A stretch of DNA of 63,931 nucleotides, filler included, from Octopus bimaculoides (lineage: Eukaryota): assembly GCF_001194135.2 (NCBI RefSeq). It is 6 parts of 6 records of this genome, joined end to end, with 100 filler letters (N's around TTAATTAATTAA, not from the genome) between each part and the next. Parts side by side here need not be neighbours in the genome. Positions count along the whole stretch, not along the records: positions 1 to 27,306 come from NC_069005.1; positions 27,407 to 41,980 come from NC_068995.1; 4 more parts are not named here. One strand, given 5' to 3'. Every line of letters starts with the position of its first letter. The first letter of the stretch is position 1. Below the pieces are notes generated by a model. The model ran no database searches and was not told the origin of the DNA. It saw nothing but the letters and a program-made list of their open reading frames with translations. Both the position numbers and the translations under genes were made by a program. Below, in pieces: positions 21,211 through 33,849 of the stretch.

Positions 21211-21380
21211 CCGGGTGCACTGAAGGTGACATCATATGTACCGGGAAGCAAGAGACGCCAGAAGTCACCAAAAGTTGAAGTCGTTATGTTGTGTGCGTTA
21301 CCATGGATATGAACAGAGACGTTTGGTATTCCGACCATACTGTCACCTTCTCGGACAAAACCGGAGAATCCAATGTGGAC
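21211..21380 (-). CDS. CPD: CPD visible exon 1: repeat I transthyretin-like subdomain
   Basis: ttttcttag|GTC ... GG|gtaagt; VHIGFSGFVREG...HNITTSTFGDFWRLLLPGTYDVTFSAP; 170 nt; not reported in the ORF track in this frame. Confidence 0.95.
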
Positions 21381-21534
21381 CTAAGAAAATAAAACAGGAA
21401 ACATTTCCATTTCTTAACAGAAAGTGAAAAAATGAAACACAAAAATTACACAAGACTTGAAGAATTCATCAGGGTTTTGTTGTTTTTAATGAAAGATAGA
21501 TTTGAAGATGGTGAGACGTAAGTGGCAAAAGGGG

Positions 21535-21872
21535 AAAGCCCTGACTTAAATATCATCGAGCAAATGGGGACAGAACTAAAGAGAAGAGTTCTTCAGAAGA
21601 ATCCATGCAATCTTGAAGAGTTGTGAGAGCTCAGCCACAGAGGATGGCATCTCATACCTATGAAGACGGTGAAGGATTTGTATGCATCTCTTCCCAGGCA
21701 CATTGAAGCAATTATTCAAGCTAAGGGAAGCCACACGAAATATTAACAATGTACAGTAACCTCTTGAAATGAACATTATGTAATAAATTTTCATTTTAGA
21801 CATTTTTCTCATTTAAAACACTGTATCTTGATTGGTTTGTGTGAGGTGACCGAAAACTTTTGCACAGCCATT
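21535..21872 (+). mobile_element. Tc1-like 3' fragment
   Basis: PDLNIIEQMGTELKRRVLQKNPCNLEEL*...LYASLPRHIEAIIQAKGSHTKY*; TIR-like gaccgaaaacttttgcacagcca. Confidence 0.8.
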
Positions 21873-24604
21873 TTTGATGACTGTCTCACATCTTCCCCTT
21901 TTATTCAGGACCCCTACTACAAAATATAATGATTGGAAAGGNNNNNNNNNNNNNNNNNNNNNNNNNNNNNNNNNNNNNNNNNNNNNNNNNNNNNNNNNNN
22001 NNNNNNNNNNNNNNNNNNNNNNNNNNNNNNNNNNNNNNNNNNNNNNNNNNNNNNNNNNNNNNNNNNNNNNNNNNNNNNNNNNNNNNNNNNNNNNNNNNNN
22101 NNNNNNNNNNNNNNNNNNNNNNNNNNNNNNNNNNNNNNNNNNNNNNNNNNNNNNNNNNNNNNNNNNNNNNNNNNNNNNNNNNNNNNNNNNNNNNNNNNNN
22201 NNNNNNNNNNNNNNNNNNNNNNNNNNNNNNNNNNNNNNNNNNNNNNNNNNNNNNNNNNNNNNNNNNNNNNNNNNNNNNNNNNNNNNNNNNNNNNNNNNNN
22301 NNNNNNNNNNNNNNNNNNNNNNNNNNNNNNNNNNNNNNNNNNNNNNNNNNNNNNNNNNNNNNNNNNNNNNNNNNNNNNNNNNNNNNNNNNNNNNNNNNNN
22401 NNNNNNNNNNNNNNNNNNNNNNNNNNNNNNNNNNNNNNNNAAGTAATTGTGGAGCTGTTAACTTGTGTAACACCTGTTGTCAGAGTTCAAAATTAATAGG
22501 GTGTGTGTGTGTGGAGAGAGCAAGAGAAGGAGGAGGAGAAGAAATATGATGGTGGCGGTCATACTGAGGCCTTCCTATACAATTATTCTCTCCCACCTCA
22601 ATTTGTGACATTGAGCTTAGTTTTAAAAATCAATATTTGTCAAAAGAAAGAAACCATTAAGAAAAAACATGTCAGCATTATTTTCCGATTTATGAGAACA
22701 ATAGGGGGGGGGCGAAGCATTACCAGAATCAATAGAATATCAGAAAAAGTAATTATTATTATTATGACCAGGTTCCAACCCAGGCCTTTCCTTAGTTTAA
22801 ATACTGACAGGGGTCACATACTCCTCCTATAGAGTGCATTTCCTCTTTAGTAGAGACAAGATCTCATTTGATGAGTCAGAGATTGTATAGATCCAATGAC
22901 TTAGTTTATTGTAGCTTGCATCCACTGCATTACCAACCCCTTACAATTCAAGGTCGGGATGTTTTTATCATTGAGCTTTACTCCTCTAGGTCTGGGACTG
23001 TTCATCTTTATACTCACAGCTAACCTTTATATCTGAGGGCCTTTCCCCTATCCGTCAACTTGGGGACCCAGAAGATGGAAATTTTCTCTCCACACCAAGG
23101 ACTGTCGGATAAGAGTTTGGCTCAGATTCCCCCACCAACTGCTTTAGGGGCCCTCCGTCCAGATTTTCAGTAGAGGTTTACTTCCTTAGCCTTTCACACT
23201 CCAGTGTGTATAAGGAGAGAGAAAAAAAAGGGAATATAAGAGAATATTAAGAAATATAAAAATAAGAATATAGAAAAATAATTTGTAGTATTTGTGTACA
23301 TTCTTTATGTTCTGAGCTCAACTTTGCTTTTCAATAAAATATGTACAAGTTCAACAGTGGGGTAACATAATCAACTTGTGCCTCTCTCAAAACTGCCGGC
23401 CTTGTGCCAAAATTAGAAAGGATTATTATTATTATTATTATAATACAAAGAGGTGCTATGCCTCAACAGTTTTGTCAAAAGGTGAGAGACTGTGGTAAAA
23501 ACGCACCTGTTGATTGGAGGACAACGGCTGGGTGAGGGCTTGTGCCCTTAGTGGTTGGGTCAATCATGGAATAGTCAAGGCTGGAACACATCTGATTATA
23601 AACTTGCTCAATCAGGGCTAAACTGGGGGGGGGGGGTTAAACAACCACCACCACCACCACCGACAATAACAACAACACAACCACTGACAACGAGTCACAA
23701 ATACTGCAAGCAGCAGCAGCAACAGCCCTTCAGGTATTGGTTTTGCCCAACCCCTGTTTTAACCCTTAAGACACTGTGCTGCCACCACTGCCAACTCTTC
23801 CTCCTCTACCATAAACAAGCTTATTGGCATCAACGAAGCCTGTGGCAGTGGTTTGACTCAATTTGTAACAACCTGACAAGGAATTAGTGTTTACAGCAAG
23901 ACTAATTACGACAGCGATGCTTAACACGTGTTTCTCTTGATGAACCCTTAGCTTCCCCGTTTAATGTTACCAACAAATCTTGACAGAATCCAATTTAGAA
24001 AATTGAAAAAGAAAAATATATATATATATATACACACACACAGATATATACACACATATACATTGACATATACACACACATATATATACACACACACACA
24101 CACAGACACATATATGTACACGTACACACACACATACATACACATACTCACACACATATACATACATCTGTATACACACATACACACACANNNNNNNNNN
24201 ATATATACACACACATATACATACATATATACACACACATATACATACATATATACACACATACACACACACAATTTGTATATATATATATATATATAAT
24301 TAGGAAACAACTTGAAACACATGGCAATGGGTGCTAAAAGTGGGAGAGAATGGTTAGATGGGGGTTGGTGTTAGCAACCTAAAGCTTAATCGTTCTCTTT
24401 CTCTCTCAGTCACATCTTATTCTTCATAGCATCAAACTCCCACCCCCGTATTTCTGGAACGTAGAATTTAGAAGGATAAATAAATAAATAAATAAATATA
24501 ATGAAATATACGAGTAAAAAAAAAAACAAAAAACTACAAATGTACATTTAAATGTTTTGTAAAAAAAAAAAGGCATTGTTAGTATAATATTGAAAAAAGA
24601 TACA

Positions 24605-24800
24605 GCTGTCGTGGCACTCCGTCAATTATGACGACGAGGGGGGTTCCAGTTGATCCGATCAACGGAACAGCCTGCTCATGAAATTAACATGCAAGTGGCT
24701 GAGCACTCCACAGACACGTGTACCCTTGACGTAGTTCTTGGGGAGATTCGGCGTGACACAGAGTGTGACAAGGCTGGCCCCCTTTGAATTACAGGTACCA
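24605..24800 (-). mobile_element. 3' part of SINE family S4
   Basis: Similar to 30150-30330 in the same orientation. Confidence 0.6.
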
Positions 24801-25273
24801 TGCTCTTACAATCATGCGTACAACACAGTCAACTAATATGCCACACGCATTCACTGTGTGTGTGTGTGTGTGTGTGTGTAGTGTTTTGTTGAAACTGGAA
24901 GTACTTTACAGCTGTTACTTAGAGTCGCACATAACTGCTCATCAGTCAGTCATTTTCATTCAACAGATTCCTGTCATTTTGAAAAGTAATAATGCCATGT
25001 CCAATCAGCTTTAAAGGTTCGTTTGATCAGTTGCTTAATAATTATCAATGTACCATTTATTAAACTTTTATAAACCATCACACTGTTCTAAATATTCATG
25101 AAATGTCTGGCAACTGGTTACCTGAAGCTCTGAATAAACAGCTTGTGAAATCGTTTCTGCTTCAACAAAATACTATTTTACTCTGCCTTTAGTATTTCAG
25201 TACTATTTTCTCCAGTATATTTGACACTTATGTACTCATCTGTGTGTATGAGCATGTGTAAGTATGTACATGC

Positions 25274-25304
<31 letters not shown>

Positions 25305-25854
25305 TACACATACACACGCAGAGAAACAAAAGAAAGGAATGAAAGAAAGAAGAACAAACAAGAAAAACAAACAGAAAAGGAAATGAAAGAATGGAAAAAA
25401 AAATTTTACATGAAAACAAATAAAGAAAGAAAGAAAGTGCAGTAAATCAACAAAAATCACTTGTGACATGTTGATTCAAATAAAACATTAATGTTTTAAG
25501 ACAAACATTATAAAAAAAAAGAAAAAAAAAGTTATTAAATTTGAAAAACAAAAAAATAATAAAAACCTATAACTAAAGAAAATGTGTAAAAAAAAAAATA
25601 AAAAGATAATTAAAAAATATTACAGTCTTTTGAAAATCTTCAGAAAATATTTTTTTTTTTTCTTCTGTGACAAAATTAACAATTTTACAGAAGTTAGCAA
25701 AATTTAACCAGCAGATGAGAATAATGGAGTTTCAGATCAGATTTCTAATATCTGTGTGTACATGATTAAAGACAATGCTTACATGCCAGATGGCATCTTA
25801 TTTTACCATTATTATTATTATTATTATTGTTATCATTATTGTTATCATTATAAT

Positions 25855-26700
25855 AGAGTGGTGAGCTGGCAGAATTGTTAGCATGCCAGGCAAAATGCTA
25901 AGCGGTACATCGTCTGTTTTTACATTCTGAGTTCAAATTCTGCTGAGGTTGATTGTTGCCTTTTATTCTTTTGAGGTTGATAAAACAAGTACCAGTCATG
26001 TACTGGGGTTGATGAAATCAACCACCACCTCCCTCGAAATCGCTGGCCTTGTACCAAAATTTGAAACCATTATTGTTATTCTAATATAAGATGGTGAGCT
26101 GGCAGAAGTGTTAGTACACCGGGCCAAACGCTTAGTGGCATATCATACATCCTTACATTGTGAGTTCAAATTCCACTGAGGTCAACTTTGTCTTTCATCC
26201 TTTCAAGGTCAATAAAATAACTACCAATGAAACACCGGAGTCAATGTATTCGACCAGTCCCCTCCCCCATAACTTCAGGCCTTGTGCCTTTAGTAGAAAG
26301 GATTATCATTATTATTATTATCATTCCATTCGATATAAGTCCCAACATGTTTTGTCTGTCTTTGTATTCACTCCTAATCCTTTGGCCAGGTGGCACAAGT
26401 TAAAAACTGCGAGGTAGGGGTTGATTTAATCGACTTAATCCCAATCTCCCTTAATGATTGCTGACCTTTTGCCAAAATTAGAAAGAGTTATTATTATTAT
26501 TATTATCATTATTATTATTATTATTATCATCATAGGTGGTGAACTGGCAGAATTGTTATTTCACCTGTCACTACATTCTGGGTTCATCTTTATCTTTCGT
26601 CCTTTCGGGGTCAATAAATTAAGTACCAGTTGAGTACTGGGTTGATGTAATTGACTTATCCCCTCCTCCAAATTTCAGGCCTTGTGTTTATAATAGAAAG
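25855..26700 (+). mobile_element. Head-to-tail cluster of 3-4 S1 SINE copies separated by (TTA)n
   Basis: ggtgagctggcagaa heads at about 25860, 26092 and 26535, each with the S1 core. Confidence 0.8.
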
Positions 26701-26829
26701 GTCGATCTCAAAATGCTGAACCTTTATGAAAGAGATGACAAAGGACTCGAGAGAACCCACTTACCACACTAGAATAGGATAGAATTGATATTCAAAGACC
26801 TCCTTGGTAATGCGCATCTATGAAGGTGG

Positions 26830-27100
26830 CTGGTGCTGGAGTCACATAAAATGTAACAATGCTAGTGCCACGTAAAAAGCGCTGATGAGGGTGCCACATA
26901 AAAAGCACTGGTGATGCTACCATGTAAAAAAGCACCCAGTACACTCTGCAAAGTGATGGACATTAGGAAGGGCATCCAGCCCTAGAAATCAAGCCAAAAG
27001 GGAATATGGAATCTGATGTGGCCCCCTGGCCTTGCCAGCTCCTGTCAAACCGTCCAACCCATGCCAGCATGAAAAACGGACGTTAAATAATGATGATGAA
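26830..27100 (+). mobile_element. RTE 3' UTR/tail copy with tandem GTGCCACRTAAAAAGC subrepeats
   Basis: Ends ccaacccatgccagcatgaaaaacggacgttaaataatgatgatg. Confidence 0.75.
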
Positions 27101-27406
27101 GAAGGTGGAAAAGTTGGTGGAATTGTCAGGATATCAGACAAAATACTTGGCAGCATATTCTTCTTCCGATTCTTTGTGCTCTCAGTTCAAATGCTGTCAA
27201 GGTTGACTTTGCCCTTCAGCCATTTGCTGTTGATATATAACAGGTACCAGTTGAACACTGGGGGTCAATATAATTGACTTACTCCCTCTCTTAAAAGAAT
27301 TGCTGGNNNNNNNNNNNNNNNNNNNNNNNNNNNNNNNNNNNNNNNNNNNNTTAATTAATTAANNNNNNNNNNNNNNNNNNNNNNNNNNNNNNNNNNNNNN
27401 NNNNNN

Positions 27407-27457
<51 letters not shown>

Positions 27458-28661
27458 AAGTATGTATATGATCATACGTACATATCCACGCACAGATGCA
27501 TATATGTGAATAGAGACACACGTAGAACCACAAGCACGCATAGAGACATTAGAATTGAAATAAAATTCAATGTTGCTTCAAAATTATACAATGAAAAACA
27601 AACTCGATAAATAAATAAAATGAACTTTTATTGAAAAGGTGAAAGACATTAAATCAATATGGTTGTGTTGCTTTTGTTATTGTATAGCCTAAAAACACGT
27701 ATATAGCATTAATGCACTTACTAAATATACATATGCATATAAATAGGCGCATGCACACACATACAAATACACACATATGTATGTATAATGCAGCATTATG
27801 TTATCTATATACATACATATCTATACACACATACCAATATGCATTATATATATTTATTTAATTTTGTATACATACATACAAACATATATATCTATATATA
27901 TATACACACACCTATCCGTGTGTGTGCATGCGGACATTTATGTGAATAAATACATACATACATACATATATGTACATATATGTGCGTGCATGCGTATATA
28001 TATATATATATATATATATNNNNNNNNNNNNNNNNNNNNNNNNNNNNNNNNNNNNNNNNNNNNNNNNNNNNNNNNNNNNNNNNNNNNNNNNNNNNNNNNN
28101 NNNNNNNNNNNNNNNNNNNNNNNNNNNNNNNNNNNNNNNNNNNNNCATACATACACACACACACATTCACATACGCTGTTATACTTATTTTAGTCTTTTC
28201 TTTGTGTTGTTGCTGAGACACAACTTTCTGATGCTATAGTTTTATTTATTCATTTTTTTTTTTTTCATTTGCGTAATTTTGTGGATTACGTCGTCTGAAA
28301 TTTATTTCAAACAGTAAGTACCACTTAAAAAGTGTAGAGTAGCCATTTTTTAGAAATACTAAACACGAATTATTCCCCTTACTCTTCGCTGTTGTTTGTT
28401 AGCAGCTTCACAGCGTCGCCCAAAACAACCTGCCTTACATAACGTTGTTAGAGTGTGCTAATATTGTGAACTGAAGTCCTGCTGAGGTCGATTTTAGCCT
28501 TCATCCCAGCAGGTTGGAAACTATGTCTTAGATGTGAATGTAATTATAAATAAAATACACTGTGTTTTTAAGCAAAAAGAAGTAGAACTGATTCAATATC
28601 ATAATAACGATGCTTTCTAAATAATCAATACCAGGTAATCGAAATTATTTAGCTCACCATG

Positions 28662-28876
28662 TTGGTTTTAAACTTTGGCACAAGGCCAGCAGTATTGGGG
28701 AGGGGTGAAGTAGATTACATCGACACCAGTGTTTAACTGGTAGTTATTTAATCGATCCAGAAAGGATGAAATGCAAAGTCAACCTCGGCGGAATTTGAAC
28801 TCGGACCATGAGGACGGACGAAATGCCACTAAGTATTTTTCCCGTGGCGCTGACGATTTTCTAGCTCACCGCCTTA
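28662..28876 (-). mobile_element. SINE S1 copy
   Basis: Reverse complement of S1 head and core. Confidence 0.75.
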
Positions 28877-29664
28877 TATTTAACTCACCATATAAACATT
28901 TAACATGCATTATGCGTCCTCAAGTATTTTCGAGCCACCATTTTCTCGCTGTTCTTAATCAGCATCACTACAATACCTTCCAATCTCCCTTGCCCTTTCT
29001 AGTTAGGTACGTACACACACGCACGCACACGCACGCACACACATACCTACCTACATAGATACATACATACATACATACATATATACATACATATGGTATG
29101 TATGATGGAACGACAAGATACATACCAACCTCTTTGGAGAAAAGTATGGTTGACCTTGGTATCTTGGGAAGAGAATGCAACCCCTTAATGCATAGTCAAT
29201 AAATGATCATATTTGGGATAATAAAAATTTGCAAGATCTTACGATTTAAAGGATGAAACTTAAAACCAGCTACTTTGCTTGACAACCTTGCTGCCAATGC
29301 AAAACTTTCTCATATTGGCGAAAGCCCATATGAGAATTTCTCCCATGGCACCTACCGCAATATAATTTCTTCTAGCTACATCCCTGTTTAAGTGAGGACC
29401 AAAAGCGAAGAAATGCAGCTAAACCTAGCTCTCCTATCTAATGGCCACATACCTTTCACGCTTGACTCATTTACATATCTCCACATAACCAACCATGTTG
29501 TGATTATAAAATTCTCTGGTACAGGGAACCATAGACATTTAGACTGACATCCTTTGTTAAGCAAATTACGGCATTTTAATTAACTATTTTTACTGCCTTG
29601 AAGAAGTTTTAGTCCAATGGCAAAACCCCAGTACTTCTTAAGACTTGTACCAATTCTGTCTGGC

Positions 29665-29958
29665 TAATATGCTGAACCACCGTGTTACACAGACGTAAAC
29701 ACAACAACACAAATTGTCAAGAAGTGGTGGGGGACTTTCTCAGAAAATAAGACAGACACACACACACAAACACAAACACACACATACACGCACACGTAAA
29801 TACGACGGACTTCTTTCAGTTCCGTATAACAAGTCCAATCATAGGATTTTATTCACCCCGACGCTATATTAGGAGACACAAACCTAAGGTGCCACACAGT
29901 GGGCCTGAACCCGGAACCATGTGGTTGGTAAGCAAACTTCTTTCCACACAGCCACGCT
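29665..29958 (-). mobile_element. SINE S2 copy
   Basis: Reverse complement of S2 head (ccacacagccacgc...gaacccggaaccatgtgg) and centre. Confidence 0.7.
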
Positions 29959-30149
29959 TGAGCCTATTTCTAAATATCTTGCTTTCGTTAATAACATGCT
30001 TGACTATCAATAACCAAATTTGGCAAGCCCATTGATAGTAAATAAAAACGCAGCCAATCTCAGACACCATAACTAAATGTCTTCAGTGACAGGTATTGTT
30101 AGATTAGTAAAAGTTGTCAACGATCAGACACACACCCATTGATTGATAG

Positions 30150-30470
30150 ACTTGATGGATGCGCACTGGTACTCCGTCGGTTACGATTATGGGGAAACAG
30201 ACTGCTTGTGGAATTAACGTGGAAGTGGTTAAGCTTAGCACAGACACACATACCTTCAACATAGTTCTTAGCGATATTCTGCGTGATACAGAATGTAACA
30301 ATGCTGGTCCTTTGAAATACAGGTACAATTCATTATTGCCAGCCTAGTGTGGAATGGAGCAACGTGACATAAAGTGTCTTGCTGAAGGACACAATGCGCC
30401 GCCAGGTATCGAACTCACGGCCATACAATCGTGAATCGAATATCTTAGTCACTTCGCCACACGCCTTCAT
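30150..30470 (-). mobile_element. tRNA-derived SINE family S4 (S3-like core, different tail)
   Basis: Minus strand ggcgtgtggcgaagtgactaag...gtgagttcgatacc head followed by gtgtccttcagcaagacactttatgtcacgttgctcc core. Confidence 0.7.
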
Positions 30471-30885
30471 TACAAATACTCATAGGATTCCTATATTGCA
30501 CCTAAATTGACAGGCTTTTCTTTCTTTCTCGTTATGGAAATGTTCAACCTTGTCTTCTGATTTAAACAAGCAACACTGTACAACCGCTATGGGAAAAGGT
30601 TTGCTTCCTAGACCTAAATACGTAATTGTTTACAATAATTATACCTGTATTTCTATATTTGTATTGTATAATATGTAACTGGGACTCATTCTAAAGACAT
30701 TTGGAAAACACTTTTGTAAGAAATGCATTGTTCACCAATAATGAAGACAGTTTCATATGAATTACAAAGAAACAGAAAAAAAAAACCCCACAAGAAAGAT
30801 AGAAAGGAAAAGAAGAAAAGTAGGATAAAGCAGCTGATGATTGGCGAGGGGTGATGAGCCACACACGACGGGACGAATGCTGTGC

Positions 30886-31323
30886 TCAGCCGCGCCCCTT
30901 GGTCACGACGACGATGGCGTTGCCGCGGAGAATGGCAGGCGATACTCGCTGCAGCAGCCATTCCACCTCGCGGAGATCATTTCTTTGATGGATCGCTGTT
31001 ATCCTGATTTTGCGGAGGAAATCAGTAATATAGGGTTCTAGAATACCTGGCGTCTCGGCGGTGACCGGCAGAAACTGATAGCGGCCGGTCAGGCACTTGT
31101 AATGTTTTTTTTTTCTCTCTTCTGCGCCACGTGACGCGACACCCGGGTTTGCAACCGATGCAGCAAAATTGAAGCCTGAGAACGTGTCACTGCACATCAC
31201 ATCCGAAACTAGGGATCTGCTTCCTTCAAATGGGAAGAGGGTAACTCCACTGAGGGGCTTATCGTCCCCGCGGTCGAGACCTACTGGTTCCAGCTGAGAC
31301 AAGCCAACCGCGTTAAGGCCCAT
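30886..31323 (-). mobile_element. 3' end of a CRE-type non-LTR retrotransposon ORF (restriction-like endonuclease domain, degenerate)
   Basis: 145-aa ORF LEPVGLDRGDDKPLSGVTLFPF...EERKKKHY...YQFLPVTAETPG...WLLQRVSPAILRGNA matches the recalled CRE RLE pattern LEPxGLxRxDGKRPDG...KxxKY...FxPxAxETxG...QRxSxAIQRGNA. Confidence 0.8.
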
Positions 31324-32452
31324 CTTAATTACATCATTAGGTCTACTTTATTCAATAGAGACCTAGAAAAGAATACTCTGGAGATACATATGGTAAATTT
31401 ATCTCTCCAGACAGTGTTAACACACAGTCATTGCCAACGTAAATCACCTATTTTCTGCACTCCTCTCAAATATGCTATAGACAGGAGTCGAAACTGTCAA
31501 AATGGTGGGTCTCATTATTACTAAAAACTCACCCCCAATTAATTCATAATAGCGGGACCCGTAAATATTTGACGGAATTAATGGTAAGCTTATTGGGCTA
31601 TTTCTGAAAACTTTATTAAAAAAAACCTGAACGTGTAGCGTGTGTTGTGTCTGTATCAAAAGATAGTCGCTCATCTGCTAATTATTGAAAAGTGAAGGAA
31701 ATTGGAATACGAGGATTACTTAATGCACTTTATATATACACTTCATATACTTTATGCACAATTTTATAGACTTAATACGCAGCATTCTCCCTATTTCTCT
31801 CTGACTCTTCGCCTTAACCTCTTTTTCTCTCTCCTTTTTTCTGTCTGGATAGAATATGAACTTATGATGCATTAGCCAATCGTCAAATCCTGCTGCTAAC
31901 ATTCGCTATTTTGCAATTTCTGGACTTAACTATCTAATCTGAATCATTCTTTTAAATTACCATTGGTAAAACAGATACAAGCATTTTATGGCGTACCTGT
32001 AATTTTCATCTGCCTCAAAATACAGAAACTGCAGTTAAGTACCATTTCTTCCGAACATTCATAAAAAGTGAATGTTTCCTCTAACTAGTTACAGACACCG
32101 TCTTACAAATTTTGCTTGTATACCGGATATGATCTTTTCGTTCAGATTTTTAAAATCTCATCTCAGATAGAAGCGCATAAATGTCTCAAGATAAGTTTTT
32201 TGTTTTCATAAATTATAAATAAACTACATATGTTTCTATGACGCAGTTAACTGTTAACTGTCAGAATTAAAAACAACTGTTGCGGCTTTATAAATTTCAT
32301 CGCTGTTCAGCACATTGTCGCTATGTTTTCGGTTGTTGTTCCTGTCGTCGTCATCGTCATCGTCGTCGTCATCGTCGTCAGCCATGATCAAACTGACATA
32401 TGATCACAAACTTTCCATCTTTTCCTTATATAGTATTATATAAATCCCAATA

Positions 32453-32677
32453 AGCTGGCAGAAACGTTGGCACACCAGGCGAAATGTTTATCGGTATTTC
32501 GTCTGCCGTTACGTTCTGAGTTCAAATTCCGCCGAGGTCGACTTTGCCTTTCATCCTTTTGGGGTTCGATAAATTGAGTACCAGTTACGCACTGGGGTCG
32601 ATGTAATCGACTTAATCCCTTTGTCTGTCCTTGTTTGTCCCCTCTATGTTTAGCCCCTTGTGGGCAATAAAGAAATA
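32453..32677 (+). mobile_element. SINE S1 with alternative tail and 21-bp target-site duplication
   Basis: agtattatataaaNcccaata at 32432-32452 and 32678-32698; tail ccctctatgtttagccccttgtgggcaataaagaaat. Confidence 0.85.
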
Positions 32678-33703
32678 AGTATTATATAAAGCCCAATATA
32701 TGTCCCTTTTATAATTTTACTTCTAAATCTTTTAATCAGATGTGTAATTAAATGGAGTAAAGACGAAGTATTTGTTGCTACTCATCGAAGTTTGAGCTAT
32801 CATGTAGATGCTTGCTCGTTGGTTCATATTCTTGTTCTTTTGACACAAGTCAACTCTACTTGATTCGATCGATAATCTAAGAAATTCCAACAGTGATTAT
32901 TCCATTCTTGGCGCCTATATATTGCATTGCAGACTACATCATACAATGATCTTTTTCTATAAAACGGTACTTCGTGGGTTAAGAGAAACTGTTACTAGAG
33001 ACAGACATTTTATTGTTATAGCTAGGTGAAGCGACCAGTGAGTAGCGTAGTAAAGGTTGCCAGTAGAGGAGGAAAAGGCAGAGACACTCTTCGCACTGAT
33101 ACCTTCCTAAATAGAATGACAGGCAAGACAAACTTTAACATCCCATCACAACTGCATCTGGAAACAATAGCGCATCGTCACACCTTCAGACCCTCGCACC
33201 CTCCCTAAAATATTATATGCTATATCTTTCGAAGCGAACACGTAGATTTTCTATAGGGTTCGTTGCAGATAATAGCGGGAACACTGCTGTCACTGCAGAT
33301 GCTGGTGATGATGCTGGTGTTTGGTGCCGGTGCTGGTTTTGGTGAGGCTGCTGCTGTTACTGCTGAATATGACAAAGACGATGACGTTGATGGTGATGAT
33401 GGCGATGATGATGATGATGATGATGGTAGCAATAAGCATTTAAAGAATTCGTGGAGAATCCGTTTGCCATTCTGCCAAATTGGCCAGGTTTCTGCGGTCT
33501 TCCTGGCAGTATTTCTGTATTTGATATCGTCTTAAACAACACCTCGTTGCATTTACAACAAACAGAGGCTGACAAGAATGAAAATAAAATAAAATAAGAC
33601 AAACCTAATTCAACATACCAGATGTAGAGCAGATGGTTCTAGTTGGCTCTGTGTCATGTAGAAATACATCATTCTCTTCTGTTACTACTTTAGTTCTTAC
33701 CGA

Positions 33704-33849
33704 TCTTCTTCTTCTTCTTCTTCTTCTTCTTCTTCTTCTTCTTCTTCTTCTTCTTCTTCTTCTTCTTCTTCTTCTTCTTCTTCTTCTTCTTCTTCTTCTT
33801 CTTCTTCTTCTTCTTCTTCTTCTTCTTCTTCTTCTTCTTCTTCTTCTTC
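33704..33849. repeat. Pure (TCT/AGA)n tract, about 48 units
   Basis: Uninterrupted ctt repeats over about 146 bp. Confidence 0.95.

Larger units (their letters stand above)
2..21380 (-). other. CPD: Carboxypeptidase D gene model (24 visible coding exons, 5'-incomplete; at least 4 M14 repeats + TM + cytosolic tail)
   Basis: 24 exons with GT-AG boundaries and consistent phases join into one 4071-nt frame ending in TGA at 4-2. Repeat II has HGNE, DLNRNFP, SANLHGG, GGMQD and EITLE motifs. C-terminal TM and acidic tail present. Confidence 0.95.

Noticed and set aside
23507-23625. Minus-strand frame SLALIEQVYNQ... with a GTGCGT donor, superficially like the end of a CP repeat
   Set aside because: No WxxNKxSLL context, wrong phase for exon 1, and the remainder is unlike CPD; probably chance.
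26765-26817. 53-nt candidate exon (MRITKEVFEYQFYPILV) with a GTAAGT donor
   Set aside because: Weak acceptor, lies between repeats, no recognisable homology.
27307-27406. TTAATTAATTAA embedded in N runs, recurring at 27351, 42025, 53270, 57961 and 61871
   Set aside because: Each sits inside about 44 N on either side (100 bp total) and places stops in all six frames: an artificial unsized-gap spacer, not biology.
30686-30961. ORF MAAAASIACH...FILLFFFSFLSFLWGFFF resembling a signal-peptide exon for CPD
   Set aside because: It overlaps the CRE element in another frame, the hydrophobic stretch comes from a T-rich tail, and there is no good donor.
33263-33535. Plus-strand ORF with a signal-peptide-like start and poly-Asp
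   Set aside because: Built from (GAT)/(GCT) repeats, no convincing donor or downstream exons; cannot be supported as a CDS.
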